63,944 nt of DNA, filler included, from Saprolegnia diclina VS20 (GCF_000281045.1; 4 parts of 2 records of this genome joined end to end with filler, not necessarily neighbours in it); one strand, 5' to 3'; counted from the whole stretch's first letter, positions 10,036 through 22,194 are shown. The notes: generated by a model from the sequence alone, not told the origin. A program made the numbers and translations.

Positions 10036-12111
10036 ATGGCCAAGCCAGCGACGTCCGGCCTTCCGTCTCCAACCCCCCCAACGCGGTCGCTCGCCCCCCC
10101 GAGTGCTACGACCGCAACTGCCAACAACAACAAGGACCTCGCCGACGCACCGCCGCCCGACGTGGCAGCAACTACGAACGACGACATGCTCAACAAGATG
10201 GGTACGACGGTCAATCCCTTGACTATAAGATCTCATGCACGCTTTTGACAGTGCACATTCGCACGGGCCCACGAAAGAAAGCCGGCAACATCGAGACGAC
10301 GACGACGACGACGACGCGGCTGCCGAGCAACCGTCTCTTCTCGCGGGCGAGTCGCCAGCAGCGCGAGTCACCGCGGTTGCAACCACTCTCGAATCAAAAC
10401 AGTATTGCGCCGGCCCCCGACGCCGACGAACGCTCCAAGAAATCGAGCACCGACGACTCGGAGAACGACGACGACGGCAACGCGTCGACAGTGCAGCTAC
10501 CGCCCGCGTCTTCGACGTACACGTCGTATCCTGGCTGTGCCAAAGACGCAATTGTCAAGCCCAGATTGGACGAGACACGTCTTGATGCACTCTCCATTTC
10601 GGCGCGGCTCGCCAACGCCGGCATCACAACCTCGTCGACTTCGATCGTGATGAAGGAGCGAAGTAGCGCCACGAGGGGCCTGGTCGGGCTTCAGAACCTC
10701 GGCAACACGTGGTATCTCGTTCACATTCATGCAAAAGCCCGATCAACCTCTCGACGTAGCTTTATGAACAGTTGTCTCCAGTGCCTGAGCAACGTCCCGC
10801 TCGTGATGCGGTACTTCCGCATGGGGCAGCACCTCCAGGAACTCAACGAAGCCAGTCCAACCCAAGGCAAACTCGCGTGGTATACCTCCCACTATACACG
10901 ATCTCTTGGCATTTTGTACATGTCTAGTGTATTTGGCGACCTGACGCAAGTGCTGTGGCAACAAGCCGAGTTTAGCTCGACGCGCCCTGTCGAGTTGAAG
11001 CGCGTAGTTGGCAAGCTCGCGTCGCGCTTCATTGGGTGCGTAAATCGCACTCGGCAAATGCTCACAATCGACGACTAGGTACGAGCAGCACGACGCCCAA
11101 GAGTTTCTCCGCTTCCTCGTCGACGGTCTCCACGAAGATCTCAACAGGATCAAGAAAAAACCAGCGTACTACGAAATCCCCGGTAGACAAACCGAGAACG
11201 ATTGTTGTCATCAACCTGCACCATGTAGATCGCCCGAGCGCGAGCGACAAGGACGTCTCGGACGAGTACTGGCAGTTTTACGTGCAGCGCAACATGAGCG
11301 CGCTCTCGGAGCAGTTTTGCGGCCAATTGCGCTCCGAAGTCACGTGCCAAACGTGCCAGCACCGGTCTGTGTGCTTTGACGTCTTTTGGGATCTCTCGGT
11401 GGGTCTCGACGGCCCTCGCGCCTATCTGACTATCTCACGTAGATTCCGGTGCCCAAGAAAGGCAAGAGCTTGGCGTCTCGCTTCAAAACCGACGACGACA
11501 ATGGCGTGCCCGTCGAAGACTGCCTGCGCGCGTACACGGAAGAAGAGCATATCCAGGAGGACGACGCATTCTACTGCGCCAAGTGCAAGACGCACCGGTC
11601 GGTGGTCAAGAAGATCAACCTCCAGCGGTGCGTTTGCTCCGATGCTAGGGATGACAACTCGGCATGTAGATGCCCGCACGTGCTCGTGCTGCATCTTAAG
11701 CGCTTCTCGTACTCGACCTTTAGCCGCGATAAGATCTCGACGCCAATCAAGTTTCCCGCCGACGGGCTCAACCTCAAAGAGTTTTGCACCAAGGACAACC
11801 TGCGTACGTCCGCTTGCGTTTGCGACGACGAGGTGGCATTGTCGGTGTAGACTACGACAAGTGCTGGGACTATGATCTTATCGGGGTCATCCACCACATG
11901 GGCTCGCTCAACGGCGGGCACTACACCGCGTACGTCGTCCTATGGGAGTTGAGGTGACGTTTTATGCACGGCGTGGTGTAGCGAATGCCGCAACCCCGAG
12001 AACGACCAGTGGTACGACTTTAACGACGAGACGGTCTCGGGCATCAAGAAGCCGCACGTCTCAAGCGGCACAGCCTACATCCTCTTTTACCAGCGGCGCG
12101 CGCACGTATGA
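10036..12111 (+). CDS. Ubiquitin-specific protease (peptidase C19, USP2/8-like), multi-exon
   Basis: Cys box [32 protein letters not shown], His box [26 protein letters not shown]. Confidence 0.93.
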
Positions 12112-12151
12112 GGTCGAGGGTTTCTCCTAAGTTATGTATACAGCGCCCTTA

Positions 12152-12995
12152 TTATTCGCTCGTCGCATTGGCCGGCGCACGCGCTGTCTCTTGGCGCAAG
12201 AGGCGGTCGTTGCTGGCGACGCTCATCTCGTGTCGGAACGCCGTCGTCCACCCTAACCGTGCATGAACGTCGACGATAAGTAAGGCACCTTGGCAACGAC
12301 AATGATGAGCGTACCAAAGTCGCTCGACTCTTCTGGCGACAGCATCTGGTACGAGCACCAGAGCACGCTCGTGCCCAGCAGGACGGAGAGCGTGACCGCC
12401 ACGAGGGCAATGTGGGCGCGCATGCAAAGATATGTGGAAATGGCCACCTGCAACGGCACTTTGACCGGATACCACATTTGTATCCGGACAAAGAAGATCG
12501 GCAACTTCAAGCTGCATCGACGGGCTTCAACACGCTGCGCAGCAACACTGTATGAGAACGCAAGGGCGATTGGAATAACTTCGAGTCTGCGAGCAGAGGC
12601 AGCGCTACGGTCCCCAACTCGTCGTAGTGTGAGAACCGACGCCGACGATTGGCAGCTCAAAAGGTACTTTTTGGTGCGTGTCTGAGCGCGCATTGCTGCA
12701 AGGCTAGCGTGCAAGGCTGGCGTGCATGGGGTCATTTCAAGGAAGTCTATGGAAGGCAAGGGAATAACTACGGTAGTTATTCCCTTGGTGGCGAGATTGC
12801 CGTTCGAATCTGCTTACCTTTTGAAAAATAGTAAAAAATAGTGTCAGAAAAGCCAGAAGATGGTCGCTTTGCCTCTTTGAGCTTTGTAATGTTCGCGAAG
12901 ACGGCGTCGAGAGCGGACTGGGGTAAGGGAAGGCGACGGGTGCAAGCGGAGTCGTGGAGCCGAAGCGTGGAGCAAAGACAGACAGCACGCCGCAT
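12152..12995 (-). CDS. Hypothetical multi-exon protein with a C-terminal TM helix
   Basis: GT-AG introns (including 12768-12817) join ...FYYFSK|VIPLPSIDFLEM... and ...SSDF|GWTTAFRHEM...ATSE* in frame. Hydrophobic helix IALVAVTLSVLLGTSVLWC. Confidence 0.5.
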
Positions 12996-13309
12996 CGGTA
13001 TCCTCGTCTTCGATTGGCTAAAATTTAAATCGGGTAATTCAAAATTCCATATTTTGGATTCCGGCGTTCGGATTGGTCGACACGGTTTCTTGTGCAGCGA
13101 TTGGCCAAAATGGAGGGCCGCCAACCAGTCCTCCGGCTTCGAACTCACTACGATTGGTTGAAATTAAAGTTCGGGGAAGGGGTAGGGCTCCCCATTTAAG
13201 CTTGGTTGTTGTATGGAAGTCACTGAACTGGCACGGGGGCCTGAGGTTGGTCAAAATTCCGAGGATATCACAAGATATTGTATCGGCGCTTTGGACGAGC
13301 GCGGAGCGC

Positions 13310-14182
13310 ATGGCGACCAAGATGATGGACGACCCGCTGAAGAAGAAGCGGAAGATCCGTACGAAGGGCCTCGATGGCACCGACATGGATGACCATACCG
13401 ACGAGATTGACCGTGGCGAAGAGTCCGATGGCCGCGACGACAAGAAGAAGGAGCTCAAGAAGATGGACCCGAAGGAGAAGGAGCAACTGACGATGCCAAT
13501 GGCCGCCATGGGCATGATGTTCCCGATGACCATGATGATGCCCATGATGTTGCCGTTCGCGCAGCCCGGCGCAACGGACGAGCTCCCGAAGAAGAAGAAG
13601 CGCGGCCGCCCGTCCAAGAAGATGCTCGCCGCCGCCCAGCAAGCGTCTGCGATCCAGGCGCAGCTCAGCGACGCGCAGCTCCAGGTACCTGTGTGGCCAT
13701 TCGGCATGCCGCTCCTCCCGGTCGGCTTTAAGTTCCCCGTGAACAACCCGTCGACACCTCCCGTTGTCATGGTCGCGCCGAATGGCAAGACGAAGGAAGA
13801 TGCGCTTGCCAAGTCGGATGCGCTCGAGGACCACGACGACGACCACCACGGACGCCGGTCGTCGATCACGGACGGCTCGATCTCGCCCGACGACAAGAGC
13901 AAGATGCCTGCGTCGCTCGCGGACGAGCTCAAGAAGAAGGTGCGCAACAGCACGGGCAAGCCGCGCGGCCGCCCGCGTACACGCCCGCGCCCCGGCGACA
14001 TGATTGCCCGACCCAAGATCATAAACATTGCGCCGGCGGTCAACTACGAACCGCTGCAGGGACACATCGGCCACAAGAGCGACGACTCGGACGCCAAGGC
14101 CGAGAGCGGGGACGAAGATCATGACGACCACGTCGGCGGGCTGCCCCACTCCAAGACTGACGAGGTCCCCGTCGTCGTTTGA
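13310..14182 (+). CDS. AT-hook DNA-binding protein
   Basis: KKKRGRPSK and KPRGRPR AT-hook motifs, NLS-like KKKRKIR, strongly GC3-biased codons. Confidence 0.8.
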   Translation: MATKMMDDPLKKKRKIRTKGLDGTDMDDHTDEIDRGEESDGRDDKKKELKKMDPKEKEQLTMPMAAMGMMFPMTMMMPMMLPFAQPGATDELPKKKKRGRPSKKMLAAAQQASAIQAQLSDAQLQVPVWPFGMPLLPVGFKFPVNNPSTPPVVMVAPNGKTKEDALAKSDALEDHDDDHHGRRSSITDGSISPDDKSKMPASLADELKKKVRNSTGKPRGRPRTRPRPGDMIARPKIINIAPAVNYEPLQGHIGHKSDDSDAKAESGDEDHDDHVGGLPHSKTDEVPVVV

Positions 14183-14878
14183 GCGTGCGAGGTCGTCCAC
14201 GGACCAGCGTTAATTTTATGAAACTCACCACCTACCACCTCTCTTCTCATACGCACCATCTACCAAGCAACGCGTTTCCATTGTCCAGCGCCCAAGCTTC
14301 CGCCGCCGCATTGGCTAAAAGTCGGAGCATTTGACGCGTGTTTCTGCCAGTGGTAACGGAGCGCAACGAAGGCAGCCGTCGCTTTTTAGCCAATCCGTGC
14401 GCGGTATCAGCTTGAAGGTGCATTCGATTGGCTGAAATGGAAAGGCATGAACTGGACATCGATGATGTGGTCGCCGCTTGTTGCCCCAGCGCCCAACACC
14501 CAGCACCCAGCTCCCAGCCCAGTGCCAAGCCATGATAGCGAGCTAGTCACGTACTAGTAATAGTACATGTGGTGTGTTTAGTTGATCACACCGCCCAAGC
14601 TCTATTGGCTACAAGTGCAAAGTACGCTGGCTGTTTCAGGCCTGGTTGAAGGCAGGGTTGAAGTCTTCTCACGATACCCTCGCTTGAGCTGGTGAGCTCG
14701 TACTAGGCTCGCAAGGGGCGCTGCGCCTAGGTGCACAAATGTCATGATCTACACACTTGTAGCGCTGAGTGCACTGGCGCCTTGAGCAGCCTGCAGCGCG
14801 TTGTTGCGAGAGCTTGAAGCGCCTTTGCGTAGATATACACAAGATAGCTCTACGATATTAGCGGATTTCTTGTCCGAT

Positions 14879-15631
14879 TTAGTATGCTTCCTCATAGCCG
14901 CCGTCGCTGTCATTGTCGTCCGAGCCATAGTAGTCTTGCTGGTAGTCATCGATCTCTTCGTCGCCCTACACGCCTGCTGTGAGCATGCATTGCCAGTAGC
15001 ATGTCTACCATGTCTTCGTCTTCGTCGGCTTCCTCTTCTTCGTCGAGAGCGTCCGGCTTGGCCTTGCCTTCCTTTTGCTCGAGCGACTTGAGCGTCTGCT
15101 CGAACGCGCGCGGACGCAAGATCGCAGCGCGGCCGTCCGTGCTCGTCAGCAGCTCGTGGCTCATGCTCTCGTTGATTTCGCGCGGGACAAAGCACACGAG
15201 CGGGTCTTCCATGGCCATCTACGCAGCGCCATACGAGGCCATTCGCTGCAAAGTTGGGTACCTCGGGCACAGTCACGTGCACCATCTCGGCGTCGTCGCT
15301 GACGTCCGTCTTTTGGTGAGCCGACGGGTACAAGTTGACCATGCGGTCGGCGACAATGCGCATCTTGTGCACTAAATACTTGTCCGAGTCGGTGAGCGGC
15401 GCGGGCGCGGGCAGCTTGATGGGCGGAAAGAGCGGCGTGGTCTCGCCCTACGCACATTGCGTGCATGAGCAGCTGTCGCCGGAGGGCGTCGCGTACGTTG
15501 AGCGACATCATCTGCGTGTGCGAGATTCCCAGCTCTTCCATGGTGCCACCGACGATGTCGGCGACGCTGATGCCACGGCCGCCAAAGCCACCGCCGCCAC
15601 CGCGGCCGCGTCCTCGTCCACGGAATGCCAT
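14879..15631 (-). CDS. RNA polymerase III subunit RPC7/Rpc31-like, multi-exon
   Basis: RGRGRGRGGGG N-terminus, TPLFPPIKLPAP, LKSLEQKE, and an acidic C-terminus ending DDYQQDYYGSDDNDSDGGYEEAY*, the Rpc31 layout. Confidence 0.7.
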
Positions 15632-15931
15632 CGCAAATTTCAAATCCGACGTCCCGATAATGGGTCGTTTTCTATTGACCAATCAACTCGTTCCTTCATA
15701 AGTGGCACATGCCGAAATTAAAATGGCTATTCGCACGCAACCTATACAGCAACCTCGAGACTCCTGGCGACAGCTCCTGGAGTCGTGCATGGGACCCTCT
15801 GCCGATGGCGACGACGTTATGATGTGCATCAACGATGGGTTGTACAGTCATAATACTAGGTATATATTCGGATCCTTCTGAGGTTCGTTTATCGTCTAAG
15901 GCGCAGTTGCGGGCGCAAGTGTCCATCATCA

Positions 15932-17800
15932 TCATACACGCTTGGCCTTCTTCTTGACCTCGAGCGCCCGCTGAAACTGGTTGGTCGCACCCTCGTTCGC
16001 GACAAACTCCTTGCGCTTCTTGACCTTCTTGATCTTGCCGAGGTCGAGCGTTTGGTCCCAGAGGTCCAGACCGACCTTCTTCTTGTGCTTGAAAACTTCT
16101 TGGTTGAGCAGCCGGACCTTCTTGTTGTGCTCCGTCTGCAGCGCAATGCTCTGCGCGTCGAGCGGCGTCGCGTCATCGACTGCGTCGTCGTTCCACTGGG
16201 GCACTTCGGCGCCAAAGAGACTGTTCTTGTTGAGGGTCTTGGGGTTGATCGCAATCGGCTCGGCAGCCGGCTTGTTGGAAACGACCACCGGTGCAGCTTG
16301 GACATCGACCGGCGCCTTGGGCCTGCGCCGGGGCACGACGTACCGCTTCCACGGGGCTCCGAAGCGGGACAAGCGTCCGATGCGGCCCGTAAAGGTGGGC
16401 GCAAAGGCCATTGGCGTCATGACGGTCTTGAGCGAGCCGCCCTTGACGAGCTCGGGCTCGTTCTCGACCACAGTGCGCTCGTCGTCGTCGTCGCTGACGC
16501 TCTCTTCCGACGTCACATCATCGTCCTTGTCGACAACGACCTTGGTCGGGACCGCTTCGTCGACCACCGGTGTCGGTGTCAGTGTCGGTGACGGTGCGGC
16601 GGCCACCGGTTGCTCGGGTGTCGGCGCCTTGGGCACCGTGTCCCGCGTGTAGAAGAGCATGTACGCGCGCTGTGAGAGCACGGTCTGCAGCTGCACCATG
16701 CGGACACTCTCGTCGTTCATTTCAAACCACTGGCCGGCCGGGCTTTTGACGAATGCGTAGTAGTGACCACAGTCGGGCGACATGCCCGAGTGCACCAGGA
16801 CGCCCGTGAGCTTGTAGCGCGCGAGCTTCTTCTCGGCGCACTTGGCGCTCAGCACCGACCCGCCGAGGTTGAGGTCGAGGACGTCATCGAAGGCAATGTG
16901 TTTTTTGAGTTTGCCGCGGAAGACGTCAAAGCGCTTGAGATGAAGCACAAGCGCGTTCGGGACGCTGTGGATCGAGAGGCCCTTGCTCGCGCGGCTGCGC
17001 TGGCTGCAGCCCGAACACTTCCACGCGTTCTCTGTATCCAGCGTTTCCACCGCTGTAAAGTGTCGCAGCGCGTTGGCGATCGTCGAGATGCCCGACGAGA
17101 TCTCGAGCGAGAGGTCAAGGAACGGCTCGAGGCGCTCCGAGACGTACTTGCACTTGGCGCACTGCACGTACGAGCGCAACGAGCCGCCAAAGACAGAGTG
17201 CACGAGCGTCGAGAGAGAGAGCGGCGAGTTGTCGTCCTTGAGACCCGCGGCCTTGAGCGCCTGCTTGTGCATTGCATCGAGGAGGTGCCGGAAGAACTCG
17301 TGCGAGTCTTCTTGGCGGCCAATGCGAAAGAATTTGGCAATCTGCTTGAGGTTCACGACAAGCTCGCGCGGCTGCACGACGCGCGGCGCATTCGACGCGT
17401 GCATCTGCGCAATGAGCCGGGCCATGACCTTCTCGGCCGCAAAGCCCGACTTGAGCTGCGGCGTCGCCTTTGCCGTCGCGCGGGGCAGCAAGTACTGGAC
17501 GAGCGCCGGCGAGTAGAGGAGGCACTGCAGCACCGAGTTGAGGTAGCACGTGTTGCCGAGGTTCGAGAGACCCGGCCCAATCTTGCGCGGGACCTTCCAC
17601 TTGACAACGCGGTGGATCTCATGCACGTCAATGAGCGAGCTGCTCTTGGCTTTCGCGCCCTTGGCCGCCTTGTCGCCGGCCACGACGACCGCGGCGCCGG
17701 CGTTGGCGGCCTTGCGCGCCCGGCGGAACTCGATCCGCCGCTCCTTGACCAGCATGGCTGCGGTCTTGAGCTGCACCGTCGTCCCGGTCGCAAGCATCAT
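15932..17800 (-). CDS. Ubiquitin-specific protease, USP36/USP42-like (intronless)
   Basis: GLSNLGNTCYLNSVLQCL, QEDSHEF, GVLVHSG...GHYYAFVK, and basic C-terminus WDQTLDLGKIKKVK typical of the USP36 group. Confidence 0.93.
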   Translation of the reverse strand: MMLATGTTVQLKTAAMLVKERRIEFRRARKAANAGAAVVVAGDKAAKGAKAKSSSLIDVHEIHRVVKWKVPRKIGPGLSNLGNTCYLNSVLQCLLYSPALVQYLLPRATAKATPQLKSGFAAEKVMARLIAQMHASNAPRVVQPRELVVNLKQIAKFFRIGRQEDSHEFFRHLLDAMHKQALKAAGLKDDNSPLSLSTLVHSVFGGSLRSYVQCAKCKYVSERLEPFLDLSLEISSGISTIANALRHFTAVETLDTENAWKCSGCSQRSRASKGLSIHSVPNALVLHLKRFDVFRGKLKKHIAFDDVLDLNLGGSVLSAKCAEKKLARYKLTGVLVHSGMSPDCGHYYAFVKSPAGQWFEMNDESVRMVQLQTVLSQRAYMLFYTRDTVPKAPTPEQPVAAAPSPTLTPTPVVDEAVPTKVVVDKDDDVTSEESVSDDDDERTVVENEPELVKGGSLKTVMTPMAFAPTFTGRIGRLSRFGAPWKRYVVPRRRPKAPVDVQAAPVVVSNKPAAEPIAINPKTLNKNSLFGAEVPQWNDDAVDDATPLDAQSIALQTEHNKKVRLLNQEVFKHKKKVGLDLWDQTLDLGKIKKVKKRKEFVANEGATNQFQRALEVKKKAKRV

Positions 17801-18485
17801 CGTGGTGGTCGGGTCGTCGGCCAAAAAAGCACCAATACGACGCCAGCAACGGGCGCCGTATGCGGATCCGGATAATCGAGGCTCGAACGACTGGTGTGCA
17901 CCATCGAGGTGCTGGCAATGGCTTGACGCAGTCGACCGCGCTGCCAGCGTGCGATGGACTGTATATAGCTATGTAAATACAGGATAAAACCAATCTCAAT
18001 AGCTCTCGCTTGCGACGCGAATGGCCGCGCAGCTCGATGCGAGCGCAGCAGGCAAAGATACTGGAGCCACTGGATGCAGCAGATGGCGGTAACCAGTGTT
18101 TTGTGGCAGTTTCACCGAAAGCACTGTTTGAAACACTGTTTGTAACTCTGTTTGAAACAGAATGGACATCCGCGTCCATCCGGCACTGCTTCGTTTGAGA
18201 GCCTCTGCGCACCTTGTCGCGGGTGTTGGTGGCAACAGTATCCAACTTAGATTGAACTACAACTACGATCTTATGCAAAACACGTATTCAAAAAGAGTTA
18301 GTCGTCGCTAGTCGTACCCAAGTCGGTGCAGCTGTGTCTCGAGGTCCCGGATTTGTTTCGAGAGCTCTTGCGTACGCTTGAAGAGNNNNNNNNNNNNNNN
18401 NNNNNNNNNNNNNNNNNNNNNNNNNNNNNTTAATTAATTAANNNNNNNNNNNNNNNNNNNNNNNNNNNNNNNNNNNNNNNNNNNN

Positions 18486-19499
18486 CCGTGCCCGACCAAC
18501 GTCACGCCCAAGCCCACGTCGACTGACGCGCCGGTGACGCCCAAGCCGACGTCCACTGACGCACCGGCTACTTCGACGCCATGCCCGACGAGTGTCACGC
18601 CAAAGCCGACGACGGTCTCGCCTGCCCCTACTACGGTCTCGCCTGCCCCTACTACGGTGTCGCCTGCCCCTACGACGGTCTCGCCCGCTCCGACGACGGT
18701 CACTCCTGCCCCGACGACCGTGCCTGTCACGCCGGCTCCGGGCAAGGCGCTGCGTTTCTGCACATACAACCGCCAAGCGCTCTCCGAGTACTACGGCGAC
18801 GTCTACTCGGACGTGCTTCGCTCCAACAAGAACGAACAGTTTGTCTACAACCCGACGGCGCAGACGCTCGTGTCCGAGTCGAACGGCCAGTGCCTCGACG
18901 CGTTCCGTGACAACAGCAACCGCTACCAGCTGCACACGTACCAGTGTACCGAGGGCAACGCCAACCAAAAGTGGCTCTTCAACACCAACACCAACCGCAT
19001 CGAGCACAGCACGCACCAAGGTCTTTGCGTCGCGTCGGGTCCCGCGGGTGCCAAGGCGCGCGTCGAGCCGTGCAGCCAGAGCATCCAGCAGTTCTTCAGC
19101 GACTGCGACAGCTCGGCCACCGTCGGTCTCCGCTTCCAGACGTGCTACACCAACTCGTGGCTCTCCGAGTTTGACACGGGCCTTTTCGCCGACAAGCTCC
19201 GCAACAACGTCAATGAGAACTTTGCGTACGACCCCGTCGCGCAGACGCTCCAAGTCGGCAGCAACGGCCAGTGCCTCGACGCCTTCTCGAGCGGCTACGG
19301 CAAGTTTGGTCTTCACACGTTCCCGTGCGATGCCAAGAACTCGAACCAAAAGTGGGTCCTTCAAGACAAGCTGGTCAAGCACGCGACGCACCCCAACCTG
19401 TGCTTGGACGCCGACCCGACCGACGATCGCCACAAGGCGCAGGTCTGGGACTGCACAGCGTACAACAAGAACCAGTGCTGGAACATTTTGCGCCACTAA
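18486..19499 (+). CDS. 3' part of a protein with a Pro/Thr-rich linker and two ricin B-type lectin domains (5' end lost in gap)
   Basis: PTTVSPA repeats, then two duplicated modules with GQCLDA...C..GNANQKW / NSNQKW (QxW) motifs. Confidence 0.85.
   Translation, partial: PCPTNVTPKPTSTDAPVTPKPTSTDAPATSTPCPTSVTPKPTTVSPAPTTVSPAPTTVSPAPTTVSPAPTTVTPAPTTVPVTPAPGKALRFCTYNRQALSEYYGDVYSDVLRSNKNEQFVYNPTAQTLVSESNGQCLDAFRDNSNRYQLHTYQCTEGNANQKWLFNTNTNRIEHSTHQGLCVASGPAGAKARVEPCSQSIQQFFSDCDSSATVGLRFQTCYTNSWLSEFDTGLFADKLRNNVNENFAYDPVAQTLQVGSNGQCLDAFSSGYGKFGLHTFPCDAKNSNQKWVLQDKLVKHATHPNLCLDADPTDDRHKAQVWDCTAYNKNQCWNILRH
18603..18740 (+). repeat. 21-bp coding tandem repeat (PTTVSPA, about 6 copies)
   Basis: Direct inspection of cc(g/t)ac(g/t)acggt(c/g)tcgcctgcc units. 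Confidence 0.85.
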
Positions 19500-21126
19500 A
19501 TTTTGTCCAATGTAATCAAACTACGACCCTTCGTTTTGCCTTGACAAGTCGAATTCGTCTCTTGGTGCATAAGCCACGATATTTCGAGACAAAATCACTG
19601 TGCTCGATATGCGGGACTCTCGTCGAGGTGGCTCGATCTTCAGAGGCACGACGTATTACAAGATATTCCCGAGTCCAGCACCTCTTACTACAGTATCACG
19701 CCCCGACCTACAGGCCTCATCTCCACACATGTGCGTCTGCTTGCACAGTGCAAGCGCTCCTACGAGCTATTGGAGTGCAACGACCAAAGAGCTATTGACA
19801 GCAACCTCTTGGTGTCGGCTACATGGTGGTGACCGAGGTCGTCTTTTGAACCAAGAGCATCGGGACAGGCTTCGGCTATAGTATTGCAGCCCAATATACC
19901 GCCGCTCGACGCTCTGTTAGGACGGCCACTCGCGCCGCACGGCCCACCATTTTCAATTCTGCTCGATCAAACCGATTTTTCCAATCTAGCAGAGCTCCCA
20001 CGCACCCCAGCTTGCAAAAGCGGCCAGTGCAAAGACTTCGGGTCCTTTCCAGCTTGGACGACGCTCAGCGCTGGTCATCAGGTGAGCTCTGATTCCTATG
20101 TAGGCTTACCGATCGATGCGTACGTCAAGTATGTATGGTCAGTGGTGTGTCGAAACACCCGCTTCAGAGGCAACATCGCTGGCGGCCGTCAGCGTGCCAC
20201 GTCATTCGTGGCGCCAGATAAGGTCCACACGTGATCGACGTCGTAGCCTCCCTTGCTGTTTATGCACTGCACGCATCGCAGTAGCGACGCTTTCTTCTTC
20301 CACGGGCATCCACGTTGCGACTGTGCGTCCGGACTTTCCGCTGTCGGCCACAGCTCCTCGAAAAGCGTTTAGGAATGATTGTAAAGATGCATAACGTTTG
20401 TCAGGCTCAAGTACGATCTTTAACCATGGCGCTGATCGCGAGACTCGTGACGCTGCGGGGNNNNNNNNNNNNNNNNNNNNNNNNNNNNNNNNNNNNNNNN
20501 NNNNNNNNNNNNNNNNNNNNNNNNNNNNNNNNNNNNNNNNNNNNNNNNNNNNNNNNNNNNNNNNNNNNNNNNNNNNNNNNNNNNNNNNNNNNNNNNNNNN
20601 NNNNNNNNNNNNNNNNNNNNNNNNNNNNNNNNNNNNNNNNNNNNNNNNNNNNNNNNNNNNNNNNNNNNNNNNNNNNNNNNNNNNNNNNNNNNNNNNNNNN
20701 NNNNNNNNNNNNNNNNNNNNNNNNNNNNNNNNNNNNNNNNNNNNNNNNNNNNNNNNNNNNNNNNNNNNNNNNNNNNNNNNNNNNNNNNNNNNNNNNNNNN
20801 NNNNNNNNNNNNAGACGTCCGGGACGATGGTTGCGTCCGCACCAAGCGCACTGCTCGACGTCTGGAGCTTGGCGTCGACCGTCTTCTTGATGAGCTCGAT
20901 GACGATAGCGGCGACGATCGTGTCGGGACCACGTAGTAGTCCTGGTCGCCGTTGGCGTTGGCATGGAGGAACCTCTTTCGCAAGCTGCGCAACGTTGTGG
21001 CTACAGCTAGCCCGAGCATCTTGTCGATGCTACTCGCGTGGATGTCGACCGACCACGTAGTACGCAATACAAGAAGAGCGTTAGAGAGTCAACCACGCGG
21101 TATAATTAAGGTCCGTCTTTGTCGGC

Positions 21127-22071
21127 TTAGTTGTTTTCAAAGAAGGACGTGACGCGCATGACGACGGTCCACGTGATGGCTTGGCCGGGCGCCATACGCG
21201 TCAGGCGCGGGACAAGGCCCTTCCAGAGCGCGGCGTTGCCTTCCTCGCGCGCAATGACGCCAAACGCATGAACAAACCCGCGGTACTTGGGCTCGACGCC
21301 CTTGATCGTCTCCTGTGCCATGAGCCGCGTCTTGATGACGTCCATGGGCGAGTTCAAGCACGGACCGAGCGAGCCCGCGACGAGACCGTTGATGAGCGTC
21401 TTCCAGACTTCGAGCTGCTTGCCGTCGCCGTCCTCCTTTTTCCACACGTTCGAGTTGAGCCATGCAAACGCCATAAAGTTGAAGGCTTGGTTGCTGCCTT
21501 GGCGCGCCATGGTCGGGATGTTGCCCTTCCAGAGCGCCGTGATTCCTTCGTTCGCGACGACCTTCTTGAGACAGTCGATCGGGCCCTTGTAGCGCCCGAC
21601 GCCCACCTCTTGCTGCAAGCGCGTCTTGACGACTTCGAACGGCGTCACAATCAGCACCGACTCGAGGCAGCCCGTGAGAAGACCCGCGGTGAAGTTGATG
21701 CCATTTGATGCTTTCACGCCTTCGCCGGCGCCGAGGAGCTCCTTAAACTTGGCAAACGACCCAAAGCGCAGCGCGTACTTGAGCGTGAGGTGCATGATGA
21801 ACGGCGAGAGACCCTTGTAGAGCGCAGCGCCGCCTTCGGTGCGGTAGATCGTCTTGCCGCAGTCAATCATGCCCTTGTACTGCCCGGTCCGGTCGAGCTG
21901 GAGACGCGTCTTGGTCACGTCAAGCGGCTGGAGCATGCACGCCTCAACGACGCCGCCCGCCATGCCCGCGGCCATCTTGACGTACGGCGAGACCGGCTTG
22001 CCCTTGAGCTCCGTGGCCATCGCGTCCTTGAGCGGGCTCGTCGCCATCATCGGGGGCGTTCGGGGCGTCAT
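21127..22071 (-). CDS. SFC1: Mitochondrial carrier, succinate/fumarate transporter-like
   Basis: Three PX[DE]XX[KR] repeats (PLDVTKTRLQ, PFEVVKTRLQ, PMDVIKTRLM). HLTLKYALRFGS and RQGSNQA resemble plant SFC1. Confidence 0.85.
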   Translation of the reverse strand: MTPRTPPMMATSPLKDAMATELKGKPVSPYVKMAAGMAGGVVEACMLQPLDVTKTRLQLDRTGQYKGMIDCGKTIYRTEGGAALYKGLSPFIMHLTLKYALRFGSFAKFKELLGAGEGVKASNGINFTAGLLTGCLESVLIVTPFEVVKTRLQQEVGVGRYKGPIDCLKKVVANEGITALWKGNIPTMARQGSNQAFNFMAFAWLNSNVWKKEDGDGKQLEVWKTLINGLVAGSLGPCLNSPMDVIKTRLMAQETIKGVEPKYRGFVHAFGVIAREEGNAALWKGLVPRLTRMAPGQAITWTVVMRVTSFFENN

Positions 22072-22194
22072 GCTGCTGCTACTGCGAAGATGCGAAAATG
22101 GGTCGCTCAAAGATTTCCGTGGGCCCTTGCCTTCAAGCCCATGTCTCGTGCCATCTTTTTATTCCAGGACCCCTTTTTTACTAATATTGGCATG

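Noticed and set aside
14484..14526. cccagc(a/t/g)-type 7-mer repeat
   Set aside because: Short degenerate minisatellite with no further structure.
16763..17875. Long antisense ORFs (also 50969-52327, 37967-39055, 18438-19496, 13039-14200)
   Set aside because: Shadow frames of GC3-rich real genes on the opposite strand.
18386..18485. TTAATTAATTAA palindrome inside N-runs (also at ~46763 and ~58765)
   Set aside because: Assembly gap padding that provides stops in all six frames; not biological.
19500..21060. Possible transposon or gene remnants flanking the gap
   Set aside because: No motif I could identify with confidence.
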